IMG/VR virus record: IMGVR_UViG_3300022698_000267
Span: 124,001-188,000 of that record
Strand: one strand, 5' to 3'
DNA: 64,000 nt
Below the pieces are notes generated by a model, which was given only the letters and a program-made list of their open reading frames with translations, ran no database searches and was not told the DNA's origin. Position 1 is the stretch's first letter. The number at the start of each line of letters is the position of its first letter. Below, piece by piece: positions 27,029 through 37,100 of this stretch. The position numbers were made by a program, and so were the translations under genes.

Positions 27029-27371
27029 TGGTCACTGAAGTTAAAAGATTTAAAGCAAATGACGGTCAGGTTTTTAAAACCGAGAAAGAAGCAGAAGACC
27101 ATGAAAAGATTCTTGCTTTACAGGAGTGGTACGAGGAACATAAACTTTCTGGATCCACTTATGGTTCTTCTGTTAGTTGGGATGATTTTATCGATTGGTT
27201 AATAGATCATCGGGATGAAGCAAAGGCTATCCTTAAACTGTATAAATAAAGGAGAGAATAATGGAAGGTATAATCATAATCATCTTTTTTCTTTGGGCTG
27301 TGGCACAAATTGGTAAAGTGGTCAATCGTAAGAAAGACTAAAAAATTTTTCAAAAAAAGTTCAAATAATAC

Positions 27372-27400
27372 TTGACATTTCTACTCCATTCTGTTATACT
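27372..27400 (+). promoter_or_regulatory. sigma70-type promoter (copy 21)
   Basis: TTGACA-17-TATACT + GAGGTAAGAGGTTGGG leader. Confidence 0.85.
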
Positions 27401-27442
27401 AGAGGTAAGAGGTTGGGAGAACAGAACAAGGGAGGTAGTACA

Positions 27443-27853
27443 ATGGATTACAGAGTAGAACAAGTTAAGCAATTCGTCACAGCGGGTAGAGCTTTGTTCA
27501 CCATTAAAAATGAGGAGTCTGGCGGTCGATTCACCTTCAAAGTAAAACAACCCGATCGTGCTCGTGACTTTTGGTTCGTTAGTGTTTTGGATGGTCCAGA
27601 TAATTACTCCAATTACAAGTACATTGGCAGCATTTTTTCTACTGATTTCCGGAGAACAACAAAGAGTCGGGTCAGTTCAGATTCACCCTGTTTTAAAGCG
27701 TTCAAGTGGTTTTGGAAACGGGTAGTGGTTGATCAGTTACCTGAGAAAGTAAGTGTTTATCATGAAGGTCGATGTGGACGATGTGGTCGGCGTCTAACGG
27801 TTCCAGAAAGTATCCAAAGTGGCTTCGGTCCGGAGTGTATTACAAGAGTCTAA
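27443..27853 (+). CDS. DUF6011-like zinc-binding phage protein
   Basis: HEGRCGRCGRRLTVPESIQSGFGPEC. Confidence 0.8.
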   Translation: MDYRVEQVKQFVTAGRALFTIKNEESGGRFTFKVKQPDRARDFWFVSVLDGPDNYSNYKYIGSIFSTDFRRTTKSRVSSDSPCFKAFKWFWKRVVVDQLPEKVSVYHEGRCGRCGRRLTVPESIQSGFGPECITRV

Positions 27854-27956
27854 TATCCACCCTAACCACCCCTCCCAAAGGTGCTATTCTAACGGATAGC
27901 ACCTTTTCTATTTATATAAAACATAAGGTAATCGTAAAATTAATCGACATTTTATT

Positions 27957-29594
27957 ATGGCAAAAGGTTCGAAGAAGATAAAACAATTACCCACAAGGCC
28001 CACCAGTGTAAATGCTGTTAAACGTAGCCCCTATGTTAGACAACAGCATGTATCTACTAGTAAAGATAGATTGAGACCAAAGAAGGAAAGAACTTCTCTT
28101 CAAGAAGAAATTGGTAATCTGGAAAAGTCTTATAAGGATAGAGATCAGTATGGATCTATTACCGATAAGGGGAAGAAGTATATAAGTGATTTTGTAAAGG
28201 GAATGAAAGATAGGCCTCAGGATCAGTTGCATACTATAGCTGAGAGTGGTCTTGGTATAGTAGAGGTTGATTCCTTTTTATCGGATCATTTAGACTCTGA
28301 TGGTATGGCTAAGTTAGCATTAAATACCAAAGATCCTTTCGCTAGGTCAATGTTAACCGATAGGATGGATAATAAATCTTTACATAAACTATTGGACAAA
28401 GAAAAAAATCCTGAAGTTATTCAAAGAATGGCTTTAAATATTGATCAGAAGGGATTACATAGGATTGTAGATAGACCAGAGACTTCTGGAGATGATTATT
28501 CAATATTAATAACCGCATTAAATAGGATGGATACTGCTGGTGCTAAGAAGATAATGGATAAAGCAAATTGGCAGAAGTGGTTAAAGAATGACACTGGGGA
28601 AGAACATGTTGGTGATCATGGTTCTAGATTTGCAAAGAAATTGTTCAATAAATTAGGAATGGACGATTTAAGAAAGTTTATTGATGGAGGAGGCACAGCA
28701 AAGAATGCTTTTGGAGATGATATTGCTAAGGATTCTTTTCTGCAACGTGCTTCATATTCTGAGCTTAAGAAAAAGTTTCCTAATGAGAGGGTCACTAAAT
28801 TTAAGGAAAAGCATAAAGGATTGCTGGAAGGTGTTGATAAGTTAAAGACTCATGAAGAACTGGTTAATCACTTCTCAAAGAATTTACCAGACAACATACC
28901 AGAAGATGAGAATATGCCTGGTCTAAAGTCCTTATTTAGAGAGAACACAACTCATTTTTCCCAACAAATGGATTATTGGTTGTTTACAATGGGACAAGAA
29001 CCAACTCATAATTTAAAGTTTGCTACTATTGATTCTTTTGGTGGTCAATTTAATAGCACTAAGAATCCTAAACACAGAGAAATGTCAGAACCTTTCTTAA
29101 GAGATAGATATGATGGTGTTGGTCCTGAAATTAAAGCAGACTTGGCTAGAGGTTTACAAATATCTAAAGCTTTAAGTAGATCCATTCTAGATAAAAGATT
29201 TCCTGGACAGGATACCATTGAGTTATTTAGAGGAACATCTAGGCCAGAAGTTAACATCAAAAGGAACAAAGAAGGTGTTCCACAAGCTTCTGCTTCTTCT
29301 GATCCACTTTCCTCATGGACACCAAATCCAACAACAGCATCATCTTTTGCTAATCAAAGGGGTGTGTTGTCTAGTAAGAAGGGACTGGTGCTAAGAACTC
29401 ATGCTAATAAGGACAATGTTATAGGGACCAACCAGTTTTGGAGTAAGGAGGGTGCTCAGCAAGAACACATTGTGAATTTTTCTCGTCCTGTTAGTGTGGA
29501 TGTGATGAGAGATTATAACAATGATTATCAGCATGATGATTGGGATCAGTTCTGGGAACATGATCCATATGCAGAAGAGGAAGAACCTTACTGA
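27957..29594 (+). CDS. large protein with probable C-terminal ADP-ribosyltransferase fold
   Basis: Basic N-term like 1298; ELFRG ... LSSWT.N..TA..FA ... QQEHIV (R-S-E pattern). Confidence 0.55.
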   Translation: MAKGSKKIKQLPTRPTSVNAVKRSPYVRQQHVSTSKDRLRPKKERTSLQEEIGNLEKSYKDRDQYGSITDKGKKYISDFVKGMKDRPQDQLHTIAESGLGIVEVDSFLSDHLDSDGMAKLALNTKDPFARSMLTDRMDNKSLHKLLDKEKNPEVIQRMALNIDQKGLHRIVDRPETSGDDYSILITALNRMDTAGAKKIMDKANWQKWLKNDTGEEHVGDHGSRFAKKLFNKLGMDDLRKFIDGGGTAKNAFGDDIAKDSFLQRASYSELKKKFPNERVTKFKEKHKGLLEGVDKLKTHEELVNHFSKNLPDNIPEDENMPGLKSLFRENTTHFSQQMDYWLFTMGQEPTHNLKFATIDSFGGQFNSTKNPKHREMSEPFLRDRYDGVGPEIKADLARGLQISKALSRSILDKRFPGQDTIELFRGTSRPEVNIKRNKEGVPQASASSDPLSSWTPNPTTASSFANQRGVLSSKKGLVLRTHANKDNVIGTNQFWSKEGAQQEHIVNFSRPVSVDVMRDYNNDYQHDDWDQFWEHDPYAEEEEPY

Positions 29595-29605
29595 GAGGAG
29601 ATTCT

Positions 29606-30346
29606 ATGTCACAGTTAGTTTTTGCCGGACATCCAAAGGCTAGTTTGGTATGGCATCAGTATGTTTATGGTAGATTTTGTAAGGAATTAAATTTATCTAT
29701 ACAGTGGGTAACCCGTTTAAGTGATTCTAAGAAGTATTTAGATGAAAATAAGTGTGATTTCCTATTTTACAAGAGTTCAACAGGCTCTCAGATTATGGAA
29801 GATATGATAGGATTTCATATCTATAGAAATCCACGTGATATGTTGGTATCCGGATACTATTCATCTAAATTCAGCCATCCAGCTGATAACCATCCAGTCC
29901 TTCAAGAACACAGAAAGAAATTGCATCAAGTTAACATGGAAGAAGGATTGATACTGGAGATGGATTATTTGAATGATTACTTCAATGACATGAGAGGATG
30001 GTGCTGGGACAATACGAATATCCTTAACATACCTATGGAGGAACTATTTAGTTCACCAGCCGAGATCCTGTTAAACACAATAAAAATTGCAAGACATATG
30101 GGTTTTCTTAAAGGTTATGGTTATGAAAGACCCACTTATCTTACCGAAGCTACCATAACAAGGACTTTAGATGATTATAGCTTTGAAAATCTTACAAAAA
30201 GGAAGAAAGGTGAGGAAGATTCAAAACATCATTTTAGAAAAGGTACACCAAATGATTGGAAAAACCATTGGACGGATAAAGTAGATAAGGAATTTACGGC
30301 TCGTTATGGTGACATTATTGCTGAGTACGATTATGATAAAGATTAG
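29606..30346 (+). CDS. sulfotransferase-domain protein
   Basis: HIYRNPRDMLVSGY (3'-PB motif), HFRKG..NDWKNH. Confidence 0.85.
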   Translation: MSQLVFAGHPKASLVWHQYVYGRFCKELNLSIQWVTRLSDSKKYLDENKCDFLFYKSSTGSQIMEDMIGFHIYRNPRDMLVSGYYSSKFSHPADNHPVLQEHRKKLHQVNMEEGLILEMDYLNDYFNDMRGWCWDNTNILNIPMEELFSSPAEILLNTIKIARHMGFLKGYGYERPTYLTEATITRTLDDYSFENLTKRKKGEEDSKHHFRKGTPNDWKNHWTDKVDKEFTARYGDIIAEYDYDKD

Positions 30347-30468
30347 GAGCAGTTAGCACATACGTAACCTTTCTTTTTATCTTCCAATTTACTCCCGCAT
30401 TTCCAACAGATTCCATTCTTAAACATCTCTTTTTTGTCTGCTTTTGTTAACTTCTTTCTCTTAGCCAA
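30343..30468 (-). CDS. small zinc-ribbon protein
   Basis: AGGAG RBS, TTG start; MAKRKKL..CWKCGSKL..YVCANCS. Confidence 0.5.
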   Translation of the reverse strand: MAKRKKLTKADKKEMFKNGICWKCGSKLEDKKKGYVCANCS

Positions 30469-30550
30469 GAAAAACTCCTATCATTGATTGTTTATTTTTC
30501 ATACTCCTAATGTTTTTCATCACTTTAATTAAAAAAAGTTCAAAAAGTAC

Positions 30551-30579
30551 TTGACATTTTTAACAAATTCTGTTATACT
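30551..30579 (+). promoter_or_regulatory. sigma70-type promoter (copy 22)
   Basis: TTGACA-17-TATACT. Confidence 0.85.
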
Positions 30580-30736
30580 AGAGGTAAGAGGTTGGGGAAA
30601 TACATAATGGAGGTGACGAAATGTTATTTAATGAGATCAAATCAAACATTGTCCATTATTTAATAGCCGTTACAGCAGCCAGCAGTATTTTACTTCTTCT
30701 CATTTACTAAAATTTTAAAAAAACTTCAAAAAGTAC

Positions 30737-30765
30737 TTGACAAAATCGGTTGCAGATTATATAAT
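30737..30765 (+). promoter_or_regulatory. sigma70-type promoter (copy 23)
   Basis: TTGACA-17-TATAAT. Confidence 0.85.
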
Positions 30766-30817
30766 ACGTTTAAGTGGTTGGGGAAATGGTTAAAATTTTA
30801 AAAGGGGGGTAGTTAAA

Positions 30818-31093
30818 ATGATCGAGAAAATCCAGAGATATTTCGAGTTGAAGGACCAAATCAAAGTTTTGGACGATGAGTTGAAAGCCATTCGAAGTGA
30901 AGTTTCCACCCTATTTGGTGGGGCTAAAGTTGAAATCGAAGTCGACGGTTCCAAGGTCCGTTGCCAAACCAAAAAACGTTCCACCAAAAGTTGTGATTGG
31001 TCCACGTTTAAGGAAGTCAATGAGCATCTTTACAATCAGATAGTCACCGAATCTGAGTCTTCCTACTATGAGCTGAGAAAATTGGCTCGCTAA
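30818..31093 (+). CDS. paralog of 12927-13202
   Basis: High identity, same stop position (TAA here, TAG there). Confidence 0.8.
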   Translation: MIEKIQRYFELKDQIKVLDDELKAIRSEVSTLFGGAKVEIEVDGSKVRCQTKKRSTKSCDWSTFKEVNEHLYNQIVTESESSYYELRKLAR

Positions 31094-31244
31094 TCATCTC
31101 CTAAAAGTGGTGGTGGGGCAACCCACCATCCACGTTTAACTTGCCGAACAAAGCCTCCAGCGTTTAACTATATGACCAAAGCTACTTTCAGCTATCGAAT
31201 GGAAACGCTTGTCAAAATTATTTGCAAGAAAGTTCAAAAAGTAC

Positions 31245-31273
31245 TTGACAAAATCGGTTGTAGCCTATATAAT
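31245..31273 (+). promoter_or_regulatory. sigma70-type promoter (copy 24)
   Basis: TTGACA-17-TATAAT. Confidence 0.85.
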
Positions 31274-31321
31274 AGAGGCAAGTGGTTAGGGAAATGGTTA
31301 AAATTTAAGGGAGGTAGTAAA

Positions 31322-31807
31322 ATGCAAATACATGAATTGAACAGCGGTTTCTTACGATCACCTGAAGCAATAAATAATGTGCAGATGGTACGAGGTGGAG
31401 CACCGATTGAAGTCAAGAAGGATGATGAGCAGAAGACATACGTTGCAATCGGTAACGTTCAGGGCAGAAGCCTTGCCAAAGGAATGGTCGTGTTGGCCTC
31501 CTACAACGAAGGTAATCAAGGAGCTGACTTGGTTGAGGTGCTAGGGTTCACAAGTGATAAGGAACACTATGGTGAGGGTGGTGTTGCCTTTGAATCAGCA
31601 AAAGAAATGCTCAAACATTATGGTGTAAAGAGCCTTCAAGAGCTGGAAGACCTGCAGGACAAGAATGAGTATGGGTACCACTCTTATTTAGTTGTTCGGG
31701 ATTTGAACGATGACGAAGAAGGTGCCTGGTATTACCTCTACGAAGGTCGATGGGCAAGGGGTTCCGGTGCGGAGAAATTATCCTTCGTCAGAATGAATTT
31801 ACAGTAA
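31322..31807 (+). CDS. hypothetical protein
   Basis: GGAGG RBS behind promoter. Confidence 0.7.
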   Translation: MQIHELNSGFLRSPEAINNVQMVRGGAPIEVKKDDEQKTYVAIGNVQGRSLAKGMVVLASYNEGNQGADLVEVLGFTSDKEHYGEGGVAFESAKEMLKHYGVKSLQELEDLQDKNEYGYHSYLVVRDLNDDEEGAWYYLYEGRWARGSGAEKLSFVRMNLQ

Positions 31808-31949
31808 CGATCAGGGGGCTTCGGCCCCCATTTTCATAACCTGCCTGGCGTTTAACTATAAGACCAAAACAGCTAACGGATACTGGAATTTGTACGTCAA
31901 TGATTCCTTGAAATATCAAATACTATTTGCAAGAAAGTTCAAAAAGTAC

Positions 31950-31978
31950 TTGACATTTTGTCTCCAAGACATTATAAT
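31950..31978 (+). promoter_or_regulatory. sigma70-type promoter (copy 25)
   Basis: TTGACA-17-TATAAT. Confidence 0.85.
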
Positions 31979-32227
31979 AGAGGTAAGAGGTTGGGGGAAA
32001 TACTGCTAAAGGGAGATACAAAATGGCAAAGAAATTATTGGTTGATAAGGTAAGGGTGACAGGGAAAGACGAAAATGGCTACCGTGCTATCGAAGTTGAT
32101 AGGGCTGGTGAACCTTTAAGTTTTCCCATTATGTTTTCCGATACAAGCATCTCGCAACAAGGCATTGACAAGCTTATTAAGCTGATAAAGAAAGAAATGG
32201 CCTTAATATAAAAAGTTCAAAAAGTAC

Positions 32228-32256
32228 TTGACAAAACCTCCTCAAGACATTATAAT
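32228..32256 (+). promoter_or_regulatory. sigma70-type promoter (copy 26)
   Basis: TTGACA-17-TATAAT. Confidence 0.85.
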
Positions 32257-32298
32257 AGAGGTAAGAGGTTGGGGAAATAGAAAAGAGGGGGAAATAAA

Positions 32299-32535
32299 AT
32301 GGAGCAAGTTATAGAGAATTTAGAAGTACAGGGAATTACCTGCAGGGCCAACGTAATTACCGAACATGGTGACTTTGAAGTGGTTGGGGTTATCGCCGGT
32401 AACGAAGTTGATCAATTAAGGCTTGAAACCATTCTCGAGAACAGGAAAGCGGAATTTGATTTTGAGAACCTTGTTGAGAGAAGGCTCATTGAAGAAGCAG
32501 AGGAAGATTATCAAGAACCGGACGATTGGTACTAA
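32299..32535 (+). CDS. small acidic hypothetical protein
   Basis: GAGGGGG RBS behind promoter. Confidence 0.65.
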   Translation: MEQVIENLEVQGITCRANVITEHGDFEVVGVIAGNEVDQLRLETILENRKAEFDFENLVERRLIEEAEEDYQEPDDWY

Positions 32536-32745
32536 TAATCTAATGGGGGCTTCGGCCCCCAAAGGAGGTATAAAAATGTTCGAGTCGACTCCGTGGTGGT
32601 TAATTTTGGTAGAAATTTCTGCTGGTGGTATTTGGTGTGTAGCAGTAACCTACTACCTTATTAAAATGTGCAGGGCAGTTTCGAGTTAAAATCATAGGGG
32701 GGCTTAAAAAGCCCCCATTTCTTTGCAAGAAAGTTCAAAAAGTAC

Positions 32746-32774
32746 TTGACATTTCTACCATAATCCGTTATAAT
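32746..32774 (+). promoter_or_regulatory. sigma70-type promoter (copy 27)
   Basis: TTGACA-17-TATAAT. Confidence 0.85.
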
Positions 32775-33055
32775 AGAGGTAAGAGGTTGGGGAACCTAAT
32801 TATAAAATGGGAGGTAGCAAATGGAAAAAGTAAAAGGAGTAGACAGGAAGACTTACAAAAAAGCGCTTCGGTATCTTTCGAAGAAATTCGGTCTCAAGAA
32901 GTCAGATTTTGAATTCGAGGCAGCCTGGATTGATGAGTACGTTCGTTGTCTCCTTTTCAGCATCATCAATGAGAAATCCCGTCTGTACAAAAGCACCGTT
33001 GGCTACCAGCTGTAGTCGATTTCTACAAGCCCCCACTTCTGGGGGCTTTTTCAGC

Positions 33056-33219
33056 CTAACTTAATGAACAAAACGTCTAGCGAGACCCGCCTGCATGCCG
33101 CTAACTTAATGAACAAAACGTCCTGCAGAGCCCAGCGGGTCCATCGCTAACTTAATGACCAAAGGCGCTAGGGTGGACCGTGGTGGCCCGGCGGCCACTC
33201 CTCTAACTTAATGACCAAA
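33056..33219 (+). repeat. 4 x CTAACTTAATGA(A/C)CAAA separated by GC-rich spacers
   Basis: Core motif at 33057, 33102, 33148 and 33204. Confidence 0.9.
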
Positions 33220-33281
33220 AAAGCCTTTCAGAGTCAGCCACGTAAGTAGATAAATTAAAACCTTCTATAAAGGAGGAATAT

Positions 33282-33500
33282 ATGGATTCAAAAATTATAA
33301 TGGGTGAAGTGGTAGACAATAAAGAAAGAAGATTTGGTAGTTGGAAAGAATATTACCCTTGTAAAGTTCTTAAATCTAATGGAGAAGAAAAGAATGCTTT
33401 GTTCACTCAGGATCAGATAGAGCAAGCCATTGACCGTGCAGAAAGAAACCCAGAAGATATACCTGAGGATCAGACTTTCTGGGATTGGTTGTTTGGTTAA
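33282..33500 (+). CDS. small hypothetical protein
   Basis: AAGGAGG RBS. Confidence 0.7.
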   Translation: MDSKIIMGEVVDNKERRFGSWKEYYPCKVLKSNGEEKNALFTQDQIEQAIDRAERNPEDIPEDQTFWDWLFG

Positions 33501-33519
33501 ATTTAAACATATACTAAAA

Positions 33520-33660
33520 CATTTAAGTGATTGGATTGACATTCCCCATGCTCAAGCCTTTCACCATAGTCCATTCGACCTTCTGTATATTGCGGCTCTC
33601 CTCAACCTAGACTTAATAGCCGTGATTTGCTACCTCCATAAAGGTCGAATGGACTCCTCA
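33520..33660 (+). ncRNA. candidate trans-acting small RNA
   Basis: Perfect 15-bp stem 33568-33582/33641-33655; inner stem GCGGCT/AGCCGT; C-rich loops. Confidence 0.6.
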
Positions 33661-33715
33661 TTTATAAATTATCAAATACTAAAATTGATTTAAAGAATTC
33701 ATACTATTTAAGGAT

Positions 33716-34099
33716 ATGAAAGAAATGGAATTTACCTTTATGAAACAAAAGAAGGGGAAAGCCCTTTACTACACATCTGATGTTATCATTAAAGATGATA
33801 GACAGGCAGCCTACTGGGCCAATTATCTGACTCGTTTTAGAGGACCTAATACCGTTCTAGCTTCATTCAGTATTCAATATAGATGGGATGGTCCTAAATC
33901 TAATTGGTTTGGTTTTAGGTTGAGTAATTTCTTCGATGGTGCAAATAGCTCACAGATTTGTAGAAGATGGTTGAATTATCTATTGAATAATCCTCCTACT
34001 AATATATTGCATATTCAAGGTCCTGAAATGGCTCCGGATATAAATGCTCCCAATTCATTTGATTTGTTGGAACACATCAGAAAAGCTCTATTCGATTAA
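33716..34099 (+). CDS. hypothetical protein
   Basis: 127-aa ORF, AAGGA RBS. Confidence 0.6.
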   Translation: MKEMEFTFMKQKKGKALYYTSDVIIKDDRQAAYWANYLTRFRGPNTVLASFSIQYRWDGPKSNWFGFRLSNFFDGANSSQICRRWLNYLLNNPPTNILHIQGPEMAPDINAPNSFDLLEHIRKALFD

Positions 34100-34135
34100 A
34101 AAACATTAAATATTATTTATTTTATACAGGATTTT

Positions 34136-37100
34136 GTGATGTCACTTGATGTTAATATTCGTCTTCAGGATAAGCTTGAGAGATCTACCATTTTTAATCA
34201 CAGTCTTAGAGCTTTTCTATTATCACTCCTAATTGTGCTAGGGTTGTACAATCTGAATCTATTTCATCTAACGGGATCACTTATTCCTGTAATAATATCA
34301 ATGTCTTTGTTTCTACTGACTTGGAACACTCGTAATTTCATCAATAATCCTTACATTACTTTTATGGGGATGTCTTGTTTTTTCATAGGTTTGTTTTCAC
34401 TTGGTCATATTGTATTCTATCATGGTGCAAATCTTATAGTACCTATCGACGCTACCAGGTTGGTACGAGTAACAGGATTATTTGCAGATATAATACAAGG
34501 ATTTTCTTTTTTACTAGCACCATTATTCTTTGTTGCTAGAGTGAAATTTAGAATTCTATTTATTATAATTTCTGTTTTTCTACTATCAATGTTGTACTTT
34601 TCTATTTCGATTGATCCAGTATTCAAGTATTACATTGTTTTTAATTTTACCAGTATACAGATATTTATGGTACAGGCAGTACTATTAATTTGTGCTTTAT
34701 TCTTGACATTTAGAATAAGAGAGGCATTTGATAAAAAAACCTTCTACTATCTTCTAGCTTCCATGGTATGTTGTTTAATTTCTGGAATCTCCTATGTGTT
34801 AAATGACCCATTTACAACATATCATGCTATAATTACAATCGTCTTTAATATTCTGACTCTTTTATTTTTATATGACGCTATTATCACTACTGTTTTACTA
34901 AATCCTTATTCCAGTTTAGCTCAGAGTCTAATTACAAGTAAGAAATTGATAAATAATTTAGATTCTATGTATACTAATCTATTTGAAAATATAAATGCTG
35001 GTGTAGCTATATTTAGACCAGAACATGGTAATTTCACTTTGATTTCTATTAATAGAACGGCTTTGGAACTAGATGATCTTGATATTAGGGAGGTATTGGG
35101 TCGTAAAGTAACGGAAATTTGGCCTTCTGTAAAAGAATATGGTATATACGAAGCATTTGAGCACGTTCGAGATACTGGAGATTCTGTGGAATGGCCCACT
35201 TCTTTATATGAGGATGAGAGAATAAGGGCATGGAGAGAAAGTTTTATATATCAACTAGAATCTGGTTTACTAGTGTCGGTATATACAGATAGAACAGATG
35301 AGAAAGAACAGGAAGAGAAATTATTAGAAAGTGAGAGAAGATATAGAACAGTAGCCGAATTTACATACGATTTGGAATATTGGGTTGCTCCTGATGGTTC
35401 ATTTCTTTATATATCTCCGGCATGTGAGAGAATAACGGGGTATACGGTCGAAGAGTTCATGAATGATCCTGAATTAATGGATTCTATAATTTATCCGGAG
35501 GATAGGTTTAAATCTTGTTCTATGAACTCTAAAGATGATGGAACTCTTAATGTAAATTCCACAGAGTTTCGAATAAAGACTAAAAATCATCTGACTAAAT
35601 GGATAGGACATATTTGCATGAACATCTACGATGAAGATGGCACCTATCTGGGAATTCGAGGTAGTTCCAGAGATATTACAGGTAAAAAGGAAGCTGAATT
35701 GGAGGTACTAAGAAGTAAAGCTCTTTTTGAAACCCTTTTTGATGCTCTTTCCATACCTATCTTTCGTAAAGATTTGGAAGGTCATTACGTAATGTTCAAT
35801 AAGGCTTTTTGTAATTTCTTCGAAAGAGATAAGGAGGAATTACAAGGTATTTCAGTCTATGATTTACATACTAAAGAAGTTGCTGATATTTGTATGAATA
35901 GAGATAAAGCTTTGCTGCTATCTGGAGATTCTATACAATCATATACTATTGGAGTGAGGACTAAAAACGGTCTTAGGCAGGTCATTATTAGAAAGTCACT
36001 TTTGAAGGATCATGATGATGTTATAATTGGCTTTGTAGGAGGTGTTTTCGATATTACTAAATTAAATCAATTACAGAATCAATTAATGTCTGAGAAATTA
36101 CTTCATGAAGAAGCACAGAGAGTGGCTAAATTGGGTCATTGGGAATTTGTTAATGGTGATAAGTTTCCTAATTGGTCTGATCAGGTTTTCGAAATATTTG
36201 GGGTATCCAAGACTGCAAAAGGGTTATCTATTGAAGATTGGAAGACCATAATAGACCCTAGAGACTACGATATGGTCATAGATGCTTTTAATACGTGTAG
36301 ATTAGAAAATAGGTCCTTTGAAATAGAATTCAGGGCCATTAAATTTGATACTAAAGAACCAAGATGGTTGTATACTATTGGACGTTGTGTAGAAGATACC
36401 GAACCTAAAAGGGTTTATGGAATCGTTCAGGATATTACAGATTACAAGGAAGCACAGATCTCCTTACATTCTACAGAATTTAAATTCAAAACGTTGATAG
36501 ATAATCTGAATGTTGGGATATACAGTTGTACTGTTGGAGAAAAAGACACAAAGTTTATTGAGGTTAATGATGCTTTAGTTAGACTATTGGGTGCTAAGAA
36601 TAAACAACAATTGTATAAGTTACGACCTAAAGACTTCTGGCTAAATCCTGAAAAACGTGATCTACTTTCGTTTAGACTTTTAAAATATGGTAAAATCCGC
36701 AATATGGAGCTACAATTAAGGACTCTAGATGGTTCTAAAATTACAGGTTTAGTATCTGGTGTTGTTGTCCACGATGATGAATCTAAACCCATTCGCACTG
36801 ATATGATACTGGAAGATATTACACAGAGAAGAAACCTGGAGATACAGTTACAACACGCTGTTAAAATGGAGGCAGTTGGTAGATTTGCTAGTAAATTGTC
36901 GCATGACTTTAATAATCTATTGAGTATTCTACAGGGCTATTCAGAGATACTAAAGAAGGAGTTACCGGAGGGTCAAAATCGTCAGAGAGCAGAGTTAATA
37001 CATAAGTCTTCCATCAATGCTCAGAAGTTAATATCCAGGCTTCTAAAGTTTAGTCGTAAAGAGGTCCTGGAGGTTCATAATGTCAACATACAGAAGTTCT

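Noticed and set aside
33056-33219. CRISPR array
   Set aside because: The repeat is only 17 nt, non-palindromic and dispersed elsewhere; spacers are partly self-similar; no cas genes in the window. Kept as a repeat finding.
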